A stretch of 63,211 nucleotides of DNA, filler included, from Octopus bimaculoides (lineage: Eukaryota), in NCBI RefSeq assembly GCF_001194135.2. It is 6 parts of 6 records of this genome, joined end to end, with 100 filler letters (N's around TTAATTAATTAA, not from the genome) between each part and the next. Parts side by side here need not be neighbours in the genome. Positions count along the whole stretch, not along the records: positions 1 to 28,100 come from NC_068988.1; positions 28,201 to 36,885 come from NC_068982.1; 4 more parts are not named here. One strand, written 5' to 3'. The position numbers and the translations under genes were made by a program. Positions 22,838 through 36,429 of this stretch are shown one piece after another (positions within the stretch are counted from its first letter, which is position 1; each line of letters begins with the position of its first letter). The notes below the pieces were generated by a model that saw only the letters and a program-made list of their open reading frames with translations, was not told the origin of the DNA and did not search any database.

Positions 22838-23866
22838 GTTTTTCCTTTTTTTTTTTTAATTAAGATTTTTATTCTGAGGGAGGATGGTCAATAGCCATGT
22901 CTCCTTTGTTGCAAGCTTACCTTCCCATAGAGGTGAGATCAGTGTGGTTGTTGTCCATCTTGAGTCTGTATGATCAGTGTATTTAGTGAATATAAAAAAA
23001 TGAGAGAGAGATGTGGGCAACAAAGGATGGGGTCCTCAGAAGTTCCTTATTTGGGAAGAGAAGAATTAGGGGAAATGTTTCATAAAAGATAGTATAGGGT
23101 TCTGAGACACAGTACAAATCAGAATATGTTAAGCTCTAGTGCTACTTAGTTTACAACTAGTTCAAAGAAGCAGAAACTGTTGTAGTAATGTAGTAACAGC
23201 AGAAGAAAGACTGGGAGGAAATACAGCAAATCTGCTAGGCTAGTGGTATTGGTGATTTGGTAAATGCTCATTAACCAATCAATTGAAGAAATTAATTTTA
23301 ATCAGAGTTAATGAGATACAGGTTTAGATTATCTACGTACATAGCAACCTCTCCATCCTAGACATCTGGGCAATTGATTCTGCATTTTATCCTTTCAGCT
23401 TTCATACCATATGAGAGCAAGATGTGTTAATAGAATATTAGGTACCAGTTATATATTTGGGCACATTGCTACATGGTTTGTTCAAATTAAGCAATTGTCT
23501 GATTAACAATGTGTGTGTGTACGTCCTACTGCATCCAACATTTTAAAATACACAGGCATGGTTACCATTTTGAATACTACTGGACCCTGCAGTGATTCTC
23601 ATAAGAGTTTTACGCTCTTTGTCTGCCAGTAGATCACATTTTGTTTTCTTTCACCAGAAATGGAAACAATATATATAAATGCATATAAATCTGCAAACAT
23701 TTGGATGAATTTAGGTGTGTATTACATGGGAACATACTGTGGCACTCAATTTAATGTAGTGGTTATGATGGAGCTTGTTGCACATAAGACCATACAGCTC
23801 AGCACTGCATACCAATCAGGTCTCTGTTATACACACAAGGGTCTTTGCCTTACTATGGTATTTACG

Positions 23867-23900
<34 letters not shown>

Positions 23901-24687
23901 GTTTCTGCCACCTACATCAATGAACTTTAAAATAGATCTGTCAACTATAACAAGTATTTCAGACCATTGATCAAACTGCTTGCTCATTGAATTGTAAGTG
24001 GTTGAGTATAGCACAGACATGTGTATCCTTAACATAATTGTCAGGCAGGGTTAGTGCGACACTGTGTTTGACAAAGGTTGTACCTTCAGAATTACTGCTA
24101 TAGTCTTTTGGATTGAAACCAATACCAGAATAAAATATCTTGTTTCTTTCCATAAATTTCCCTACCTCCGTTTCGTCCTGGCCTGCATCATCGTTTTATC
24201 ATCCACACTTTTTCATGCTCGCATGGGTCCGATCAAGACTCTCTTAAGGCAGGGGCACATTGGGCAGTTGCCCAATGGCCTCACAAGTCTAAGGACCAAA
24301 TTCTTGGTCTATGCATGGCGTGATGTACTTCAATAAATGAATACTATAGGGTCCAGGACCTGTAATACTGCTAAGAAGGCCTCGTGTCAGATGGAGTGTG
24401 TTTAGACAGATATTTTAAAACTGAATGTTCTTCCTGTTACCAATCTTCACCTACTTTTTTCATGGAAGACTGGAAATAAACAGCACCATTTGTATGACAG
24501 TGATGCTCATTTACAACTGTCATATGATGTCAAAACACGAGTGTGCACCTACACACATATGCATATATACATATATATATATATATATATATGATGGTCT
24601 TCTTTCTTTTTCTGTGTTCCAAATGCACTCAAGACTTTGGTCAACCCAGGGCTATAGTCAAAGAGATTTGCCCAAGTACCACACAAT

Positions 24688-24723
<36 letters not shown>

Positions 24724-25644
24724 TACACATGTATATATAAGTGGTCAGGGTATTGAACTCATAATCATGATATCATAGGTTCAGTTCCTGGGCAGCATGT
24801 GTGCATTTCATTTCATTTCATGTTGTTCTAGTTCCACAGACAAAAATAAGTACCAACTTAGTACTAGTACACGTCTCTCTCCTTAGTTTTCACATTCTGG
24901 ATATTCTGCTGGATCAAGAACAGGGGAAGCTGAATGACTGTTTGTGTCTGTTTGCATAAACTTAGGAGCGACCCATAATTCACAAAAATACAGTACATAT
25001 TATCAATTGTTTCTCACAAGTGATGGCTGCTGTAGTTTATCTGTTGAGAAGAAACCTGTCTGATTAAAAGACAGTTTGACATATCAGTCCGACCAATTTA
25101 ATTTTGTTTTATAGCTACAGTTACCATGACCATCTCTACAGAACAAGTAATATTGAGTGAGATGAATGCATTGTCATTTCATTACTTTGAAAACTCATAA
25201 AATTTTGTGTAAATTATGTAAAAATTTTGTAAAGTATATACAAATTATGAATGTATGTGTATTATATATATATATGTAAGTATGTGTTGGTGTAATTGTA
25301 TCATGTATGTATATATCTAAATGTTCTTTTAAAGCAACTTTTAAAATAACACACATTTACAGATGGTGTAGTGGAAGGACTCTGCTCAGAGTACAGTCAA
25401 ACTTTTTGTAAAATTCTTGTTGACTAGGACTTAAAGATTCACCTGATGGTTTATTCCACCAATGTGTGCATGTGTATATATATGTATGCATATATATATA
25501 TATGTGTGTGTTTGTGTGTGCGCGTTTATATGTGTATGTGTGTGCATGTATAAAGAAAGAACACAAATGGGTTGAGGTACACTACAGCTGTTCCAAACAT
25601 GTTTTTTTATGGATGAGTGAACTGATTATCTCTTTTGTGAATGT

Positions 25645-25908
25645 ATCTATATATATGTATACGTATATATGTATACGTATATATATGTATACGTATATAT
25701 ATATGTATACGTATATATATATATGTATACGTATATATATGTATACGTATATATATATATGTATACGTATATATATATATATATATATGTATACGTATAT
25801 ATATATATGTATACGTATATATATATATGTATACGTATATATATATATGTATACGTATATATATATATATGTATTCGTATATATATATATATATATGTAT
25901 ACGTATAT

Positions 25909-25942
<34 letters not shown>

Positions 25943-25949
25943 GTATACG

Positions 25950-25982
<33 letters not shown>

Positions 25983-25997
25983 ATACGTATATATGTA

Positions 25998-26033
<36 letters not shown>
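25645..26033. repeat. Compound (TA)n/GTATAC/(GT)n microsatellite
   Basis: Repeated gtatacgt(at)n units. Confidence 0.95.
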
Positions 26034-26037
<4 letters not shown>

Positions 26038-27189
26038 AAGAAAGAACACAAATAAGTTGAGGTTCACTACAGCTGTTTCAGGAGTCTTTTTTTATTGAAT
26101 AAACCTATTACATCATAAAATAACTGTTTTCTTCAGGTGAATTAAAAATTTGGTTCAGAAAAAATATCAAGATATGGAATGTGTGTTGAGCCTCCCATTT
26201 TTGCAACGAGTAAGAGAGTATACATGTATATGTGTAGGTTGTTTTACTATGAAGTGCCCGTTATGTATGGAGGGTTGATTCAGTCCGTTAATACACACAC
26301 ATCACCTTCAGACTATAGGCCTTGTAGCAATATATTAAATAATATTGTTATAATAATAATGATAATGCTTTTGTTATTTTTAAATATTATTTAAATGAAA
26401 AAAACTATTAAAACCATAATAACAATAATGATATATTGCATATGTTTCAAGTTGTTTATTATATATATATAAATATACACATTATATATTTGTTACTTTT
26501 TTGATACTGTTTGATATTAAATACCATTATTGTTGTTGGTTATATACGTTGTTTGTCTTATTTTTATCATTACTTTTTCAAATATATTGTTATAGCCATA
26601 ATCATCACCATCATCATATTTATCATTACTACCATCATTGCACTGTGTAGTACAATCTTTGTCCTTGGGTAGCAACTGTTATTTCTCATTTGCTTACCCC
26701 TAGAAAGTGTGAAAAATGGCTAAATATTTCCTTCAAACTTTGCTTTTGTTACATTTATTCAAACCCCCAAAGAATCCCTCTCAACACATGACAATGATGC
26801 TCCCCAGCTACTCCTGCTCATGATCAGAGATGCACATGTTGTCAGCCACTAAGGTACATGCTCAGGTGGTTAAGGTCAAGCAAATGACCAGCAAATCTGT
26901 GGTATCAGGTGGAATATTTACTACAACGATATTTCTGCTTCAGCAAATCAGTGCTTAATCTCTCTGAAATGTAATGGAAAGTTGGTCAGTTTCAAAACAT
27001 TGATATCCAGGTCACAAGAGCAGAGTTTGAAGGGAATAGTAGTCATTTCCTTTGATTTCTAGATTGAAGCCAATAGGAAATAAACACTTACTAACCAAAG
27101 ACAAAACAATGAAAATTGTTGTTACACAGTGTTATCAGCCTAGTTCTCATTACCACCTTCGTTATTTTCATCACTATTACCATCATCAT

Positions 27190-27560
27190 GTGGAGGCGCA
27201 ATGGCCCAGTGGTTAGGGCAGCGGACTCGCGTTTCGATTCCCAGACCAGGCGTTGTGAGTGTTTATTGAGCGAAAACACCTAAAGCTCCACGAGGCTCCG
27301 GCAGGGGATGGTGGCGAACCCTGCTGTACTCTTCCACCACAACTCTCTCTCACTCTTGCTTCCTGTTTCCGTTGTGCCTGTAATTCAAAGGGCCAGCCTT
27401 GTCACACTCTGTGTCACGCTGAATATCCCCGAGAACTACGTTAAGGGTACACGTGTCTGTGGAGGTCTTAGCCACTTGCACGTTAATTTCACGAGCAGGC
27501 TGTTCCGTTAATTGGATCAACTGGAACCCTCGTCGTCGTAAGCGACGGAGTGCCAACAAC
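27190..27560 (+). mobile_element. tRNA-derived SINE family C
   Basis: ggaggcgcaatggcccagtggttagggcagcggactcgc...ttcgattccc head and ...acggagtgccaacaac tail. About 15 nt of the head is deleted between cgcg repeats. Confidence 0.85.
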
Positions 27561-28144
27561 AAATGTATGTATGTCTCTTATTTTTTAATCTTTATAAATC
27601 TTTCACTGAGGCGGGAGCCGGTTCCATCTTTGGGATGTACTTAACACAGATGAATTCACATTTGGAACTTGAGAAAAGTCTTGCACATTTTAACTGTTCC
27701 AGTCACAGATTGCACTTGTAATGTACGAATCTGCTGGTCGATTTCTCTTTCTGAAAAATCCTAGTTTATCCAGATTCTCCTTCAAGCATTTACTAACAAA
27801 ATCTAGTGCTCCAATTATTTTTGGTACGAATATGAATTCATAGTCTGAATATAGAAGCTGGAGGTTTCGAAGCAGTTGTCCATAGATAAACTATGTATGT
27901 ATGTGTGTGTACGCGTGTGTGTGTGTGTGTGTGTGCGTGCATGTGTTTGTGTGTGTGTGTAAGAAATCGTTTCCTGGATTCATATTTAAGAATCGAAATT
28001 GCAACCTAGATTGTACCTTTTCTTTTGTTTCGGCGTCACTACTCGGAAATTTATGAAGTTCAATTGTCAAACTTATTTTGGTTTCTTTGTTTGAATAAAA
28101 NNNNNNNNNNNNNNNNNNNNNNNNNNNNNNNNNNNNNNNNNNNN

Positions 28145-28156
28145 TTAATTAATTAA
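28145..28156. other. Assembly gap marker TTAATTAATTAA (also 36930, 41774, 57460, 62137)
   Basis: Identical 12-mer embedded in N runs five times. It has stops in all six frames. Confidence 0.9.
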
Positions 28157-29214
28157 NNNNNNNNNNNNNNNNNNNNNNNNNNNNNNNNNNNNNNNNNNNN
28201 ACAAAGTTATATTATTCCACATGGGTAGAAATATAGAGCAGGAAGAAGTGGAAAATGCACATACATACATACACACATACATACATACACACATACATAC
28301 ATACACACATACAGCAAGCGCGCACACAAACACACACACACGCGCACACACACATATATATATACTCATACGTACATGCATACATGTGTATACAAAAAAA
28401 TCTGGAATGCCGCGTTGAAATATCAACACCTGCCTTGTTTACCTGGAAGATATTAGTATCACATGTAGTGATGAAATAACTCCATAAGCAACTTAGGTGG
28501 ATAAGGATTCTAGAAGCTAGCAAAAAAGAAATTGCACAACAAAATAAGGAAGCTAAAGTGTAAGGCGAATGATAAATGCAGAACACATGAATAATGCCGC
28601 TTGGGAAAATTAACAAAAATGTGCAGAGTTTCTTACTCTGATTTTTAATGGAAAATTAATAATTCTGAAACACAAGCTCAAGACCTAGAGTGAAAAACTC
28701 CCCTACCAGAAAAAAGTATAACAACCAACCACTATAACTTACGAGTTTACCTTTAATCTACGAACTGTACTCAAGGGAATTAGGATAAAATATCGCAGTA
28801 AAAACAAAAGACTCCTTCCCAGGAAACTCTTAAATCATTGTCGTCTAAGATTAAAATGAAAGTCAGTATTGGGATCGGAACAAAACACCACAAACATAAT
28901 AATTCGCGAATACATTACTGACGTCAGCACTAAAACTCATTCCATCGACGATGAAAACTTCACCGTTGCTGTGGGAATGCTATATAGTGTGGTGCAGTAG
29001 CAAGACACTTCATGATTGCATGCTGGCTCAAGACCATGACTTTTTGTGGTAAGCCATGCATGCAAGTATTTGAAAATAAAACTATGAAAGAGCAAACTGA
29101 CATGCTGAACCTCTGTGCCATAACACGACGAAGATTTGTGACCCACTTTGAAAACACTGTTTTCACAGAGAACGAATGATACATAGCCAGCCTCAATATT
29201 ATTGAAATTTACAC

Positions 29215-29640
29215 ATAGGCGCATGCGTGGCTATGTGGTATGAAGCTTGTTTCTCAGCCACATGGTACGGGGTTTAGTCCCACTGCGTGATACGTTGGGC
29301 AAAGTGTCTTGTACTATACTTCTATACTTCTACTATACTTCTACTATACTTCGACTAACACCTTGAGTGGATTTGGTAGACGAAAACTGAAAGAAGCCCG
29401 TCGTATATATGTATATATATCTATGTGTGCGTGTGCCTTTGGGTCTCTGTGTTTTCCCTTCATCGCTTGACAATCGATACTGGTGTTTACGTGCCTGTAA
29501 TCTAGCGGTTCAGCAAAAGAAACGATAGAATAAGTACCAGGCTTTAAAATATAAGCCGTGGGGTCGATACATTCCACAAAACCTCTTCAAGACGGTGTCC
29601 CAACATAGCCGCAGTCTAATTACTGAAACAAATAAAAGAT
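29215..29640 (+). mobile_element. SINE family A (older copy)
   Basis: taggcgcatgcgtggctatgtggta...gagtggatttggtagacg...gaagcccgtcgtatat. Further fragments at about 24590-24700 and 61813-61980. Confidence 0.8.
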
Positions 29641-29699
29641 AAAACGTAAAAGATAGTTGTCTAAAATAATTCCTCCAAGACCATTGCGAGTTCAGCGTT

Positions 29700-29890
29700 A
29701 TAGACACAGACGAGCATGCAAGTGGAAATAGATGAACCGAACGACTCTTAGTTAACAAAGTTGTACTGTCTGAAGAAAGAAAGCACCACAGAACATTCCT
29801 GACAGTATGGCTTGATTACAAGAACAGTCTTGATTCCATTTCGCACTCATGACTATTGAAATCACTACAATACGTCGAAAGGTTCACAAA
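29700..29890 (+). mobile_element. R4/Dong-like RT fragment
   Basis: RLLVNKVVLSEERKHHRTFLTVWLDYKNSLDSISHS*LLKSL matches the R4-type QLLINK...AWIDYKKAFDSVPHSW segment. Confidence 0.7.
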
Positions 29891-30029
29891 GACCTACTTC
29901 ACAATCTTCACATTATAAGTTCAAATTGAAACTATTGTCTTTGAATTTATATTTTAACGGTAATATTCTGTCTGCTTCCGTTTCGGTTCGACTGAAAATC
30001 CACTGGGTATGCCTTAGGTACTACAACAC

Positions 30030-33000
30030 CTACAAACTTATAATGTTTTCGAGGATGCACTACCACTTCGACGACAAACAGCAGAAGCAACAATAACGAA
30101 AAAACAGCACAAGAATTTAATTCCAATTATGAAGCTGTATTTCCCGCAACAAATGATATGATACCAAAGATATAAACTAACGTCGACAACAATGAGATTA
30201 CAAGTACATCTACTACTTACACCACGACCACCATCACTGTAACAAGAAATCATGATCGATGAAAAAACAAAAACAACAGTAGCCTCGATAACTTAAAAGG
30301 CAACAATGTTTCCAATGTGAATAAGAACGAGAACATCAACAGCAATACCAGAAACAATACATTCGCAGGAACAGCTGCAAAAAGCACAGAACTATAAAAG
30401 ATGGATATCCTATAGAAAGATATATGCCTGACCCAAGGGGCCAGAATGATAGGGCTGGAAATAGCGCAGGTGTTCATTACTACTCCCCACGAGGTATTGG
30501 CAGATAAATAAAAGAACCGTAATTTATAAATATGTCCGTAAACAGAAAACGGACGTAGACGGTTAGTCAGACAGATGTGGGAGGAGCACTGAAAGGGATA
30601 ATGCTCGATATTCAGTATATCTTGAGAGTCAAGCAGTTTGTGGGCATTCTACTGCTCTTCAAGACTGAAGATCTGGGCGCCGAACACCCCGTGGTTCCCT
30701 GTCGGAGTGAAAGATATCTACCCCGTCCATCGTACTACTAGGAAGGCTGACAGTGAGGATAAAGATATCGGGAATTATAGTGCAGCGTTTTGAAAGGAAG
30801 CAACAACCTCCTGGAGGTGAAGCGAACTCGTCGTGAATATTGGTCTGGAATCAGTATGGAGATTCTACACCACATTAAACCAACCACGACCCACGCGATC
30901 CCAGACCTTATTCTCCTTCAAGAGGGGAAGAGCTGCATGTTACAGTTGAAGCTAAGACGCCACAGTACCACCTGTGTGAGGAGACTGATCACTTGAGAGC
31001 GTTCTGTCCCTAACAGAAGACAGGGAGCCATGGAACCATATTACTCCAAAGGTCACAGCAACTAAACCAGCAGCGAACAGCAACAAAGCCGCATCAACCC
31101 TGGCAACAGCGACATCATCTACAGTAGGAACAGCAAACTCAACAAATGCTGGAAGAAAATTAGCACCAGCAACGACAGCATCATCACTACCTTCAACAGA
31201 TGAAAGAATAATAATAACGGACACAAAGAACGCCTAGTGTCCCTCCCAATAAAGCTCTCCATCTCCGCTAATCTCAAATAGATTTACACAGATAGCAATA
31301 CATCAGTATCTCGCAGTGAAGACGAGGTGGAACAAAAAAAAAATTAAAATAAAGCACAAGAAAACGTTATGCTCCATCGCAAACTCACTCAACAAAAACA
31401 TAGAGAACACAACAGTCACAGACAAACGAACACCAATACCAACTCCTCCAACACCAAAATCGTCAACATATCCACCCCTATCACAACCAGAACTACTACT
31501 TCAAATGGAACAACCTACGAAAAGAAAATACCTCAAAGTGCAATAACCAATCACACAAACATAAAACTTCGTATTAGTGATGTAGTGGGCAACTAACAAT
31601 TAATTGCCTTAATAGCACGAGGGAATGGTGAGATCTTCGGCACCAACACCGTTGAAGACCCAGAAACACTTATGAGAGTGCATATGGCTCTGAAAAAATA
31701 TAAAATCATTAGGGTGAATTTTTCTAATGATCTGGGAACATCTAATGTAAAAACTACGTGTAAGCTTTGAAGGTGGGGGGTCACAAAAGAACCTCAGCAA
31801 GCTATGGACGTTGAAGCACTTCACATCCAGCGGCATGCGGTGAGTCCTAGACCCTGTTTTCTTCTCCAAAGCTCTTACCGGACATCATGCCGTGTTTAGA
31901 ATGGATTGCATAAACGTTCGTGACCAGGAGTCACCCTAGAAGCTCAGGTCAGTTGCTATGGATGTGACGGCCACCAGCAAAACCAGGATATCCAACACAT
32001 TATCTAGTTCCTATTTTTGATGATTTTGACATCTACGCATCTTTTAGTTGGCCTGAAATCGGAGGCTGATTGGCATTACTGTTTAGGAAATGCCTAGATC
32101 TCGATGCAGAGACGGTCTTTCTGGACTCAGATGGTACGTTGGCACTCCTGGATGTGAGCAATAGCGAACGTACTGCTTTTAGACAAGGTCTTCCTTGGGA
32201 CGTCTCTTTCTAGTGGGTGCTCGGAATGTCATTTTGGACACACACATGAATACTGTGGGGATAACTGTTAGGAGACAGGTGTGTAAAAGCCTCACAAACT
32301 TGCTCAGCCGCTTCCAACTGGCTGACAAGTACCAACTGGATTTCTCGAATGCGTGGGAACGAAGCCACCATTCGGTTGTTCACAAACTGGCTCAGCCGCT
32401 TCCAACTGGCTGACAAGTACCAACTGGATTTCTCGAATGCGTGGGAACGAAGCTACCATTCGGTTGTTCACGGGCCTGGACGGCAGCATGCTACTCAAAT
32501 CCAAGGAAATGTGTCCGGAATATTAGCAGCACGTTGCCGGGATGTACGGAATACGCAGTGGGTTGAATTTGGGAGCGGATTTCATCTTCTACCTCGAAAG
32601 CAAACCACACATTTCTTCTGAGCATCTGGTGATCTACGAAATGCCGATAACAGTCGAAGAAATATGGGACGCGATGGGACCATAAGAGAGAGGTTTCAGG
32701 GACTGAGTGGCTTGTCCTCCGAACTTTATCTTTATATTGCATGTTTGTTCGAGGTTGAACGGGAGAATTCACAGTGCTGTGAGCCGTGGCGTAGTGGTGC
32801 TGCTGATAAAAGACTCTAACAGGGTGGATCAAACAGATAATTTTAGGCCTGTAACTCTGCCAAACGCAGATTACAAGATCTTGGTCAAGGTGTTACCCAA
32901 GAGGTCGGTGCATGTCATCGATAAACTGGTCGGTGACGCTCAGACATGCTCTATTCCAACTACATCTAACCACGACAGCTCCCCCCCCTCAGGCGCTACA

Positions 33001-33690
33001 TCACAGAGAGGGTAGGTAAAGAATGTGGCATGGGTGGGTCTCTGATCAATTTGGATCAATCAAAAACGTATAAGGTCGATCGCCAATACTTGAAGCCTCT
33101 CCTTCCAGCGGCCAGCTTCGCTCCCATTTTCAGATGCTGGATCACTGCAATGTACAGCGATATCTGTTCGGTTGTCAAAGAAAATGGTCACACATCGGAA
33201 TCGGTTAGCATCGCACGTTCAGTCCGTCAAGAATGCCCACCCCTTTGGAGCCATTGCTACTGAAGTTGGATATGTCAAGGGGAATCCAGCAAGACCTAGG
33301 ATGCGGAGGCTTCATGTCGGCTTATGCAAACGGGGTCACAGTAATAGTGTTGGACACCTCGGGGATGGAGGTGATCGGCACCACTATCTTAGGGGAGTTC
33401 GAAGCGGTGACAGGAGCAAAAATTGACTATGTGAAGTAGGTGGGTCTACAGCGCGGCACCTCGAGATGTAGGTCCATGTCGTCCGACACCATTGGACTTT
33501 CCTCTTAGGCAAAACCCTCGTCTAATTTTTCAGGTTCAACTTGAAAAGAACAGTGAGCGTGGAGTGGAAAGTACTGTTCCCTCAGTATCTTTGTTCAAAG
33601 GTGGGTGAATGTGGCGGGGGTGGCCCGTATGAATGGATCTTCTGTTAACCGGATGGGTTCAAAAGAAGGAAGATACCTGCTGAAGTTCCC
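30030..33690 (+). mobile_element. Decayed Tx1/L1-clade LINE (ORF1 with zinc knuckle; ORF2 endonuclease and RT)
   Basis: Knuckle remnant YHLCEETDHLRAFCP (about 30960-31010), endonuclease start CINVR (31907), RT DNFRPVTLPNADYKILVKVL (about 32835-32895), LEPLL, and YADD decayed to AYANG. Many frameshifts; ends approximate. Confidence 0.8.
32293..32471 (+). repeat. 88-bp tandem duplication inside the Tx1-like ORF2
   Basis: Unit cacaaact(t)gctcagccgcttccaactggctgacaag...ccattcggttgtt starts at 32293 and 32381, near-identical. Confidence 0.9.
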
Positions 33691-34249
33691 TTGGTGGTCA
33701 GGGTGACCACGATTTCCTTCTTAATCTTAGTGAGTAGCTTTAGGTCATCTATAAACCACACGCTGTTTACTTTCACCCTACCTAGCATGCACCCCACAAG
33801 CATCTGTCTTAAACGCTCGTTAGTGGCAGTATGCAGACAAGGAATAGGAGAGCCGACAGACTGTCCCCTTGAAAGATACCTCTTTTGTATTTACCTTTCC
33901 CAGCTTATCTCCCCATGTTGAGAGTTCAGTTCGCCCCGTCTTCATTTTTGTATTAGCTTCAGGATATTGTGCGAGACCTTAAGCACTTTAAGGCATTCAA
34001 TAATCCACAATTTTGGGACCATGTCAAATTCTTTCCTGTAGTCCACTCATGCCATCGTCAAACTTTTGTGTCTCTTCTTGTAATCAGCCAGGATAGTATT
34101 TTCAATTAGTAATTGATCCTTCGTTCCATTCTCTTATGTCTACACCCTTTTAGTTCCACTGGTGGTACTTCGTTCTCATCTAGGTACTTATAGATACTGT
34201 TTGATATGATGCTTGTTATCAATTTCCACATCAGTTGCAAACAAGATAA

Positions 34250-34250
<1 letters not shown>
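33690..34250 (-). mobile_element. R4/Dong-clade non-LTR RT fragment
   Basis: Minus strand SCLQLMWKLITSIISNSIYKYLD...KGC, VDYRKEFDMVPKLWIIECL, GIFQGDSLS, WFIDDLKL. Joined directly to the (ATT)n array at about 34250-34322. Confidence 0.85.
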
Positions 34251-34322
<72 letters not shown>

Positions 34323-34329
34323 GTCATTA

Positions 34330-34536
34330 ATGTGGCGAGCTGGCAGAATCGTTAGCATGCCGGGTGAAATGCTTAGCGGTATTTCGTCTGCCGCTATGAG
34401 TTGAAATTCCGCCGAGGTCGACTTTACCTTTCATCCTTTCGGAGTCGATAAAATAAGTACTAGTTGAACACTGGGGTCGATGTAATCGACTCACCCCTAC
34501 TGCCAACGTTTCTGCTTTGTGGCAAAATTTGAAATC

Positions 34537-34589
<53 letters not shown>

Positions 34590-34955
34590 GGAGGCGAAAG
34601 GCAGTGGCAGAATCTTTCGTGTGCTGGGCGAAATGCTTAGCAGTAATTCGCCCGTCGCTCGCTACGTTCTGAGTTCAAATTCCGCCGAGGTCGACTAGGC
34701 CTTTCATCCTTTCGGAATCGATAAATTAAATACCAGTGAAACACTGTCGTCGATGTAATCGACCAGTCCCCTCCACCAAAGTTTCAGGCCTTGTGGCTAT
34801 AGTAGAAAGGATTATCATTGCTATCAAGGCGGACAGCTGGCAGAATCGTTAGCTCTCCGGACGAAATGCCTTGCAGCATTTCGTTTGTCTTTCTGAGTTC
34901 AAATTCCGCCTAGGTCGACTTTGCCTTTCTTCCTTTCGGGGTCACTAAAATCAGT
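34330..34955 (+). mobile_element. Three tandem family B SINEs separated by (ATT)n
   Basis: Heads at about 34333, 34590 and 34826. Confidence 0.85.
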
Positions 34956-36429
34956 ACATGTCATTCTAAGTACTTCTGTATATATGTTATATGCACATAT
35001 TCACACACGTATGCACATAAGTGATATAGTTGCCTTTGTGTATATGTGCTCTTGTATGAGCTTGCGTTTAATGCACACCTTTTAATCATATCAAAAACTC
35101 TAAACGAAAATATTTCCATTCTGAATTATGTGGTAGTTAACACTACGGAACAAATTTTTTTCAACCTTGGGATAAAAGTGAAGAAAAAGAAAAAGAAATG
35201 ATGAAAGAGGAAACTATAATTAATGCAGTTACTTTTAACACGTCAAATATATATCAATCTTAGAACAGTCTAAACGAAAGGTGTAGATTGTACTAGATGG
35301 CTTCATCGGCTTATTTTAAAAGCGACGACAGCTATAGATATCAGCAGACATAAGTTTATTCTGATAACAACGGAATGTTATCTCTCCAGAAATGTGGTTA
35401 AGGTCAGTGCCAAGATTTTAGCAGTAAACGATGTTTTTTAAACGGCTCCATCTGATATCTCCAATATTACTCTCTGTGATGTCAGATGTGAAAAAAGAGG
35501 AGGGTCATGAATGTTGAACCCCTACGCGAGAAGATATTTGGCAAAAAATAGATAATAAAAAAGACCAGTAACAACGAAACAATATCTATTTTACAGGAAA
35601 CATAGACCATAATAATAATTAAATCAATTTCTGGTACATATACATACACACATCCACACAGTAAACATATCTTAAACATAAATTCATTCACAAACTTAAA
35701 AATACGCACAAAACAATGTAAGTTGTCAATTTTCAAAATAGTTACTGAAATAAATTATAAGAAAAAGACATGTATGTGTGCATGATGTGAGGGATAGAAT
35801 TTGCATAGGTAATTTTATTTGTCGATGAATATGTCATTGTATTTTTATGAGTATTATGGTATTTAAGTTTAGCTGTGTGAATCAGTGTTGCGATGTGGGC
35901 ATGTGGTTATTTCGAAAAATGTTGAGTGTATTTCTTAGTTAACTTGTGGGTCTGTCTGATGTAAACACCACATGAGCTGTTGTTGAGCTCCAAAATTTTG
36001 ATAAGTAATTCCAGTTATCAAATTTGAAAGATTTGGCAGTTTTAGTGTGAGTAATTTTGGATGCTAGTGAATAGAGGCCTGCATATTTTTAAGCTTATGT
36101 TTAGGGTTTGATCATGCCCTGAAGTTTTCTTATTGAAATAAGTTAGTTATCGATAATATGTGTGATTATGAATGTTTATTTAATACCTTAAATAGCATTT
36201 TATAGTCCTTTATTGTTATTGTCTTCAGCAGCATCGTCCTGCATACGTTCGTTTGCGCAAGTAAAACATGATTTACTACGAAGACGAGCGAATACTGAAT
36301 GACTACAACACAGAATATCATGGAGCTACTCATACCAAAAATATTACTTAAATTAGGTAATTCGAGAGCAGAATTAAGTGAACGATGTAATTATGGAATA
36401 TCAAAAGCATAAGTTACGTAGGGCTGGGT

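Noticed and set aside
25466-26067. Tyr/Ile/His/Thr-rich ORFs (also 8.8-9.5 kb, 39 kb, 41 kb, 55-57 kb)
   Set aside because: These are translations of (TA)n/(CA)n/(TACA)n repeats, which lack stops by composition.
27190-27260. tRNA-like genes (SINE heads here and at 9941, 12270-12343, 15170-15250, 46698)
   Set aside because: A/B boxes are present but there is no complete cloverleaf, and each continues into a SINE body.
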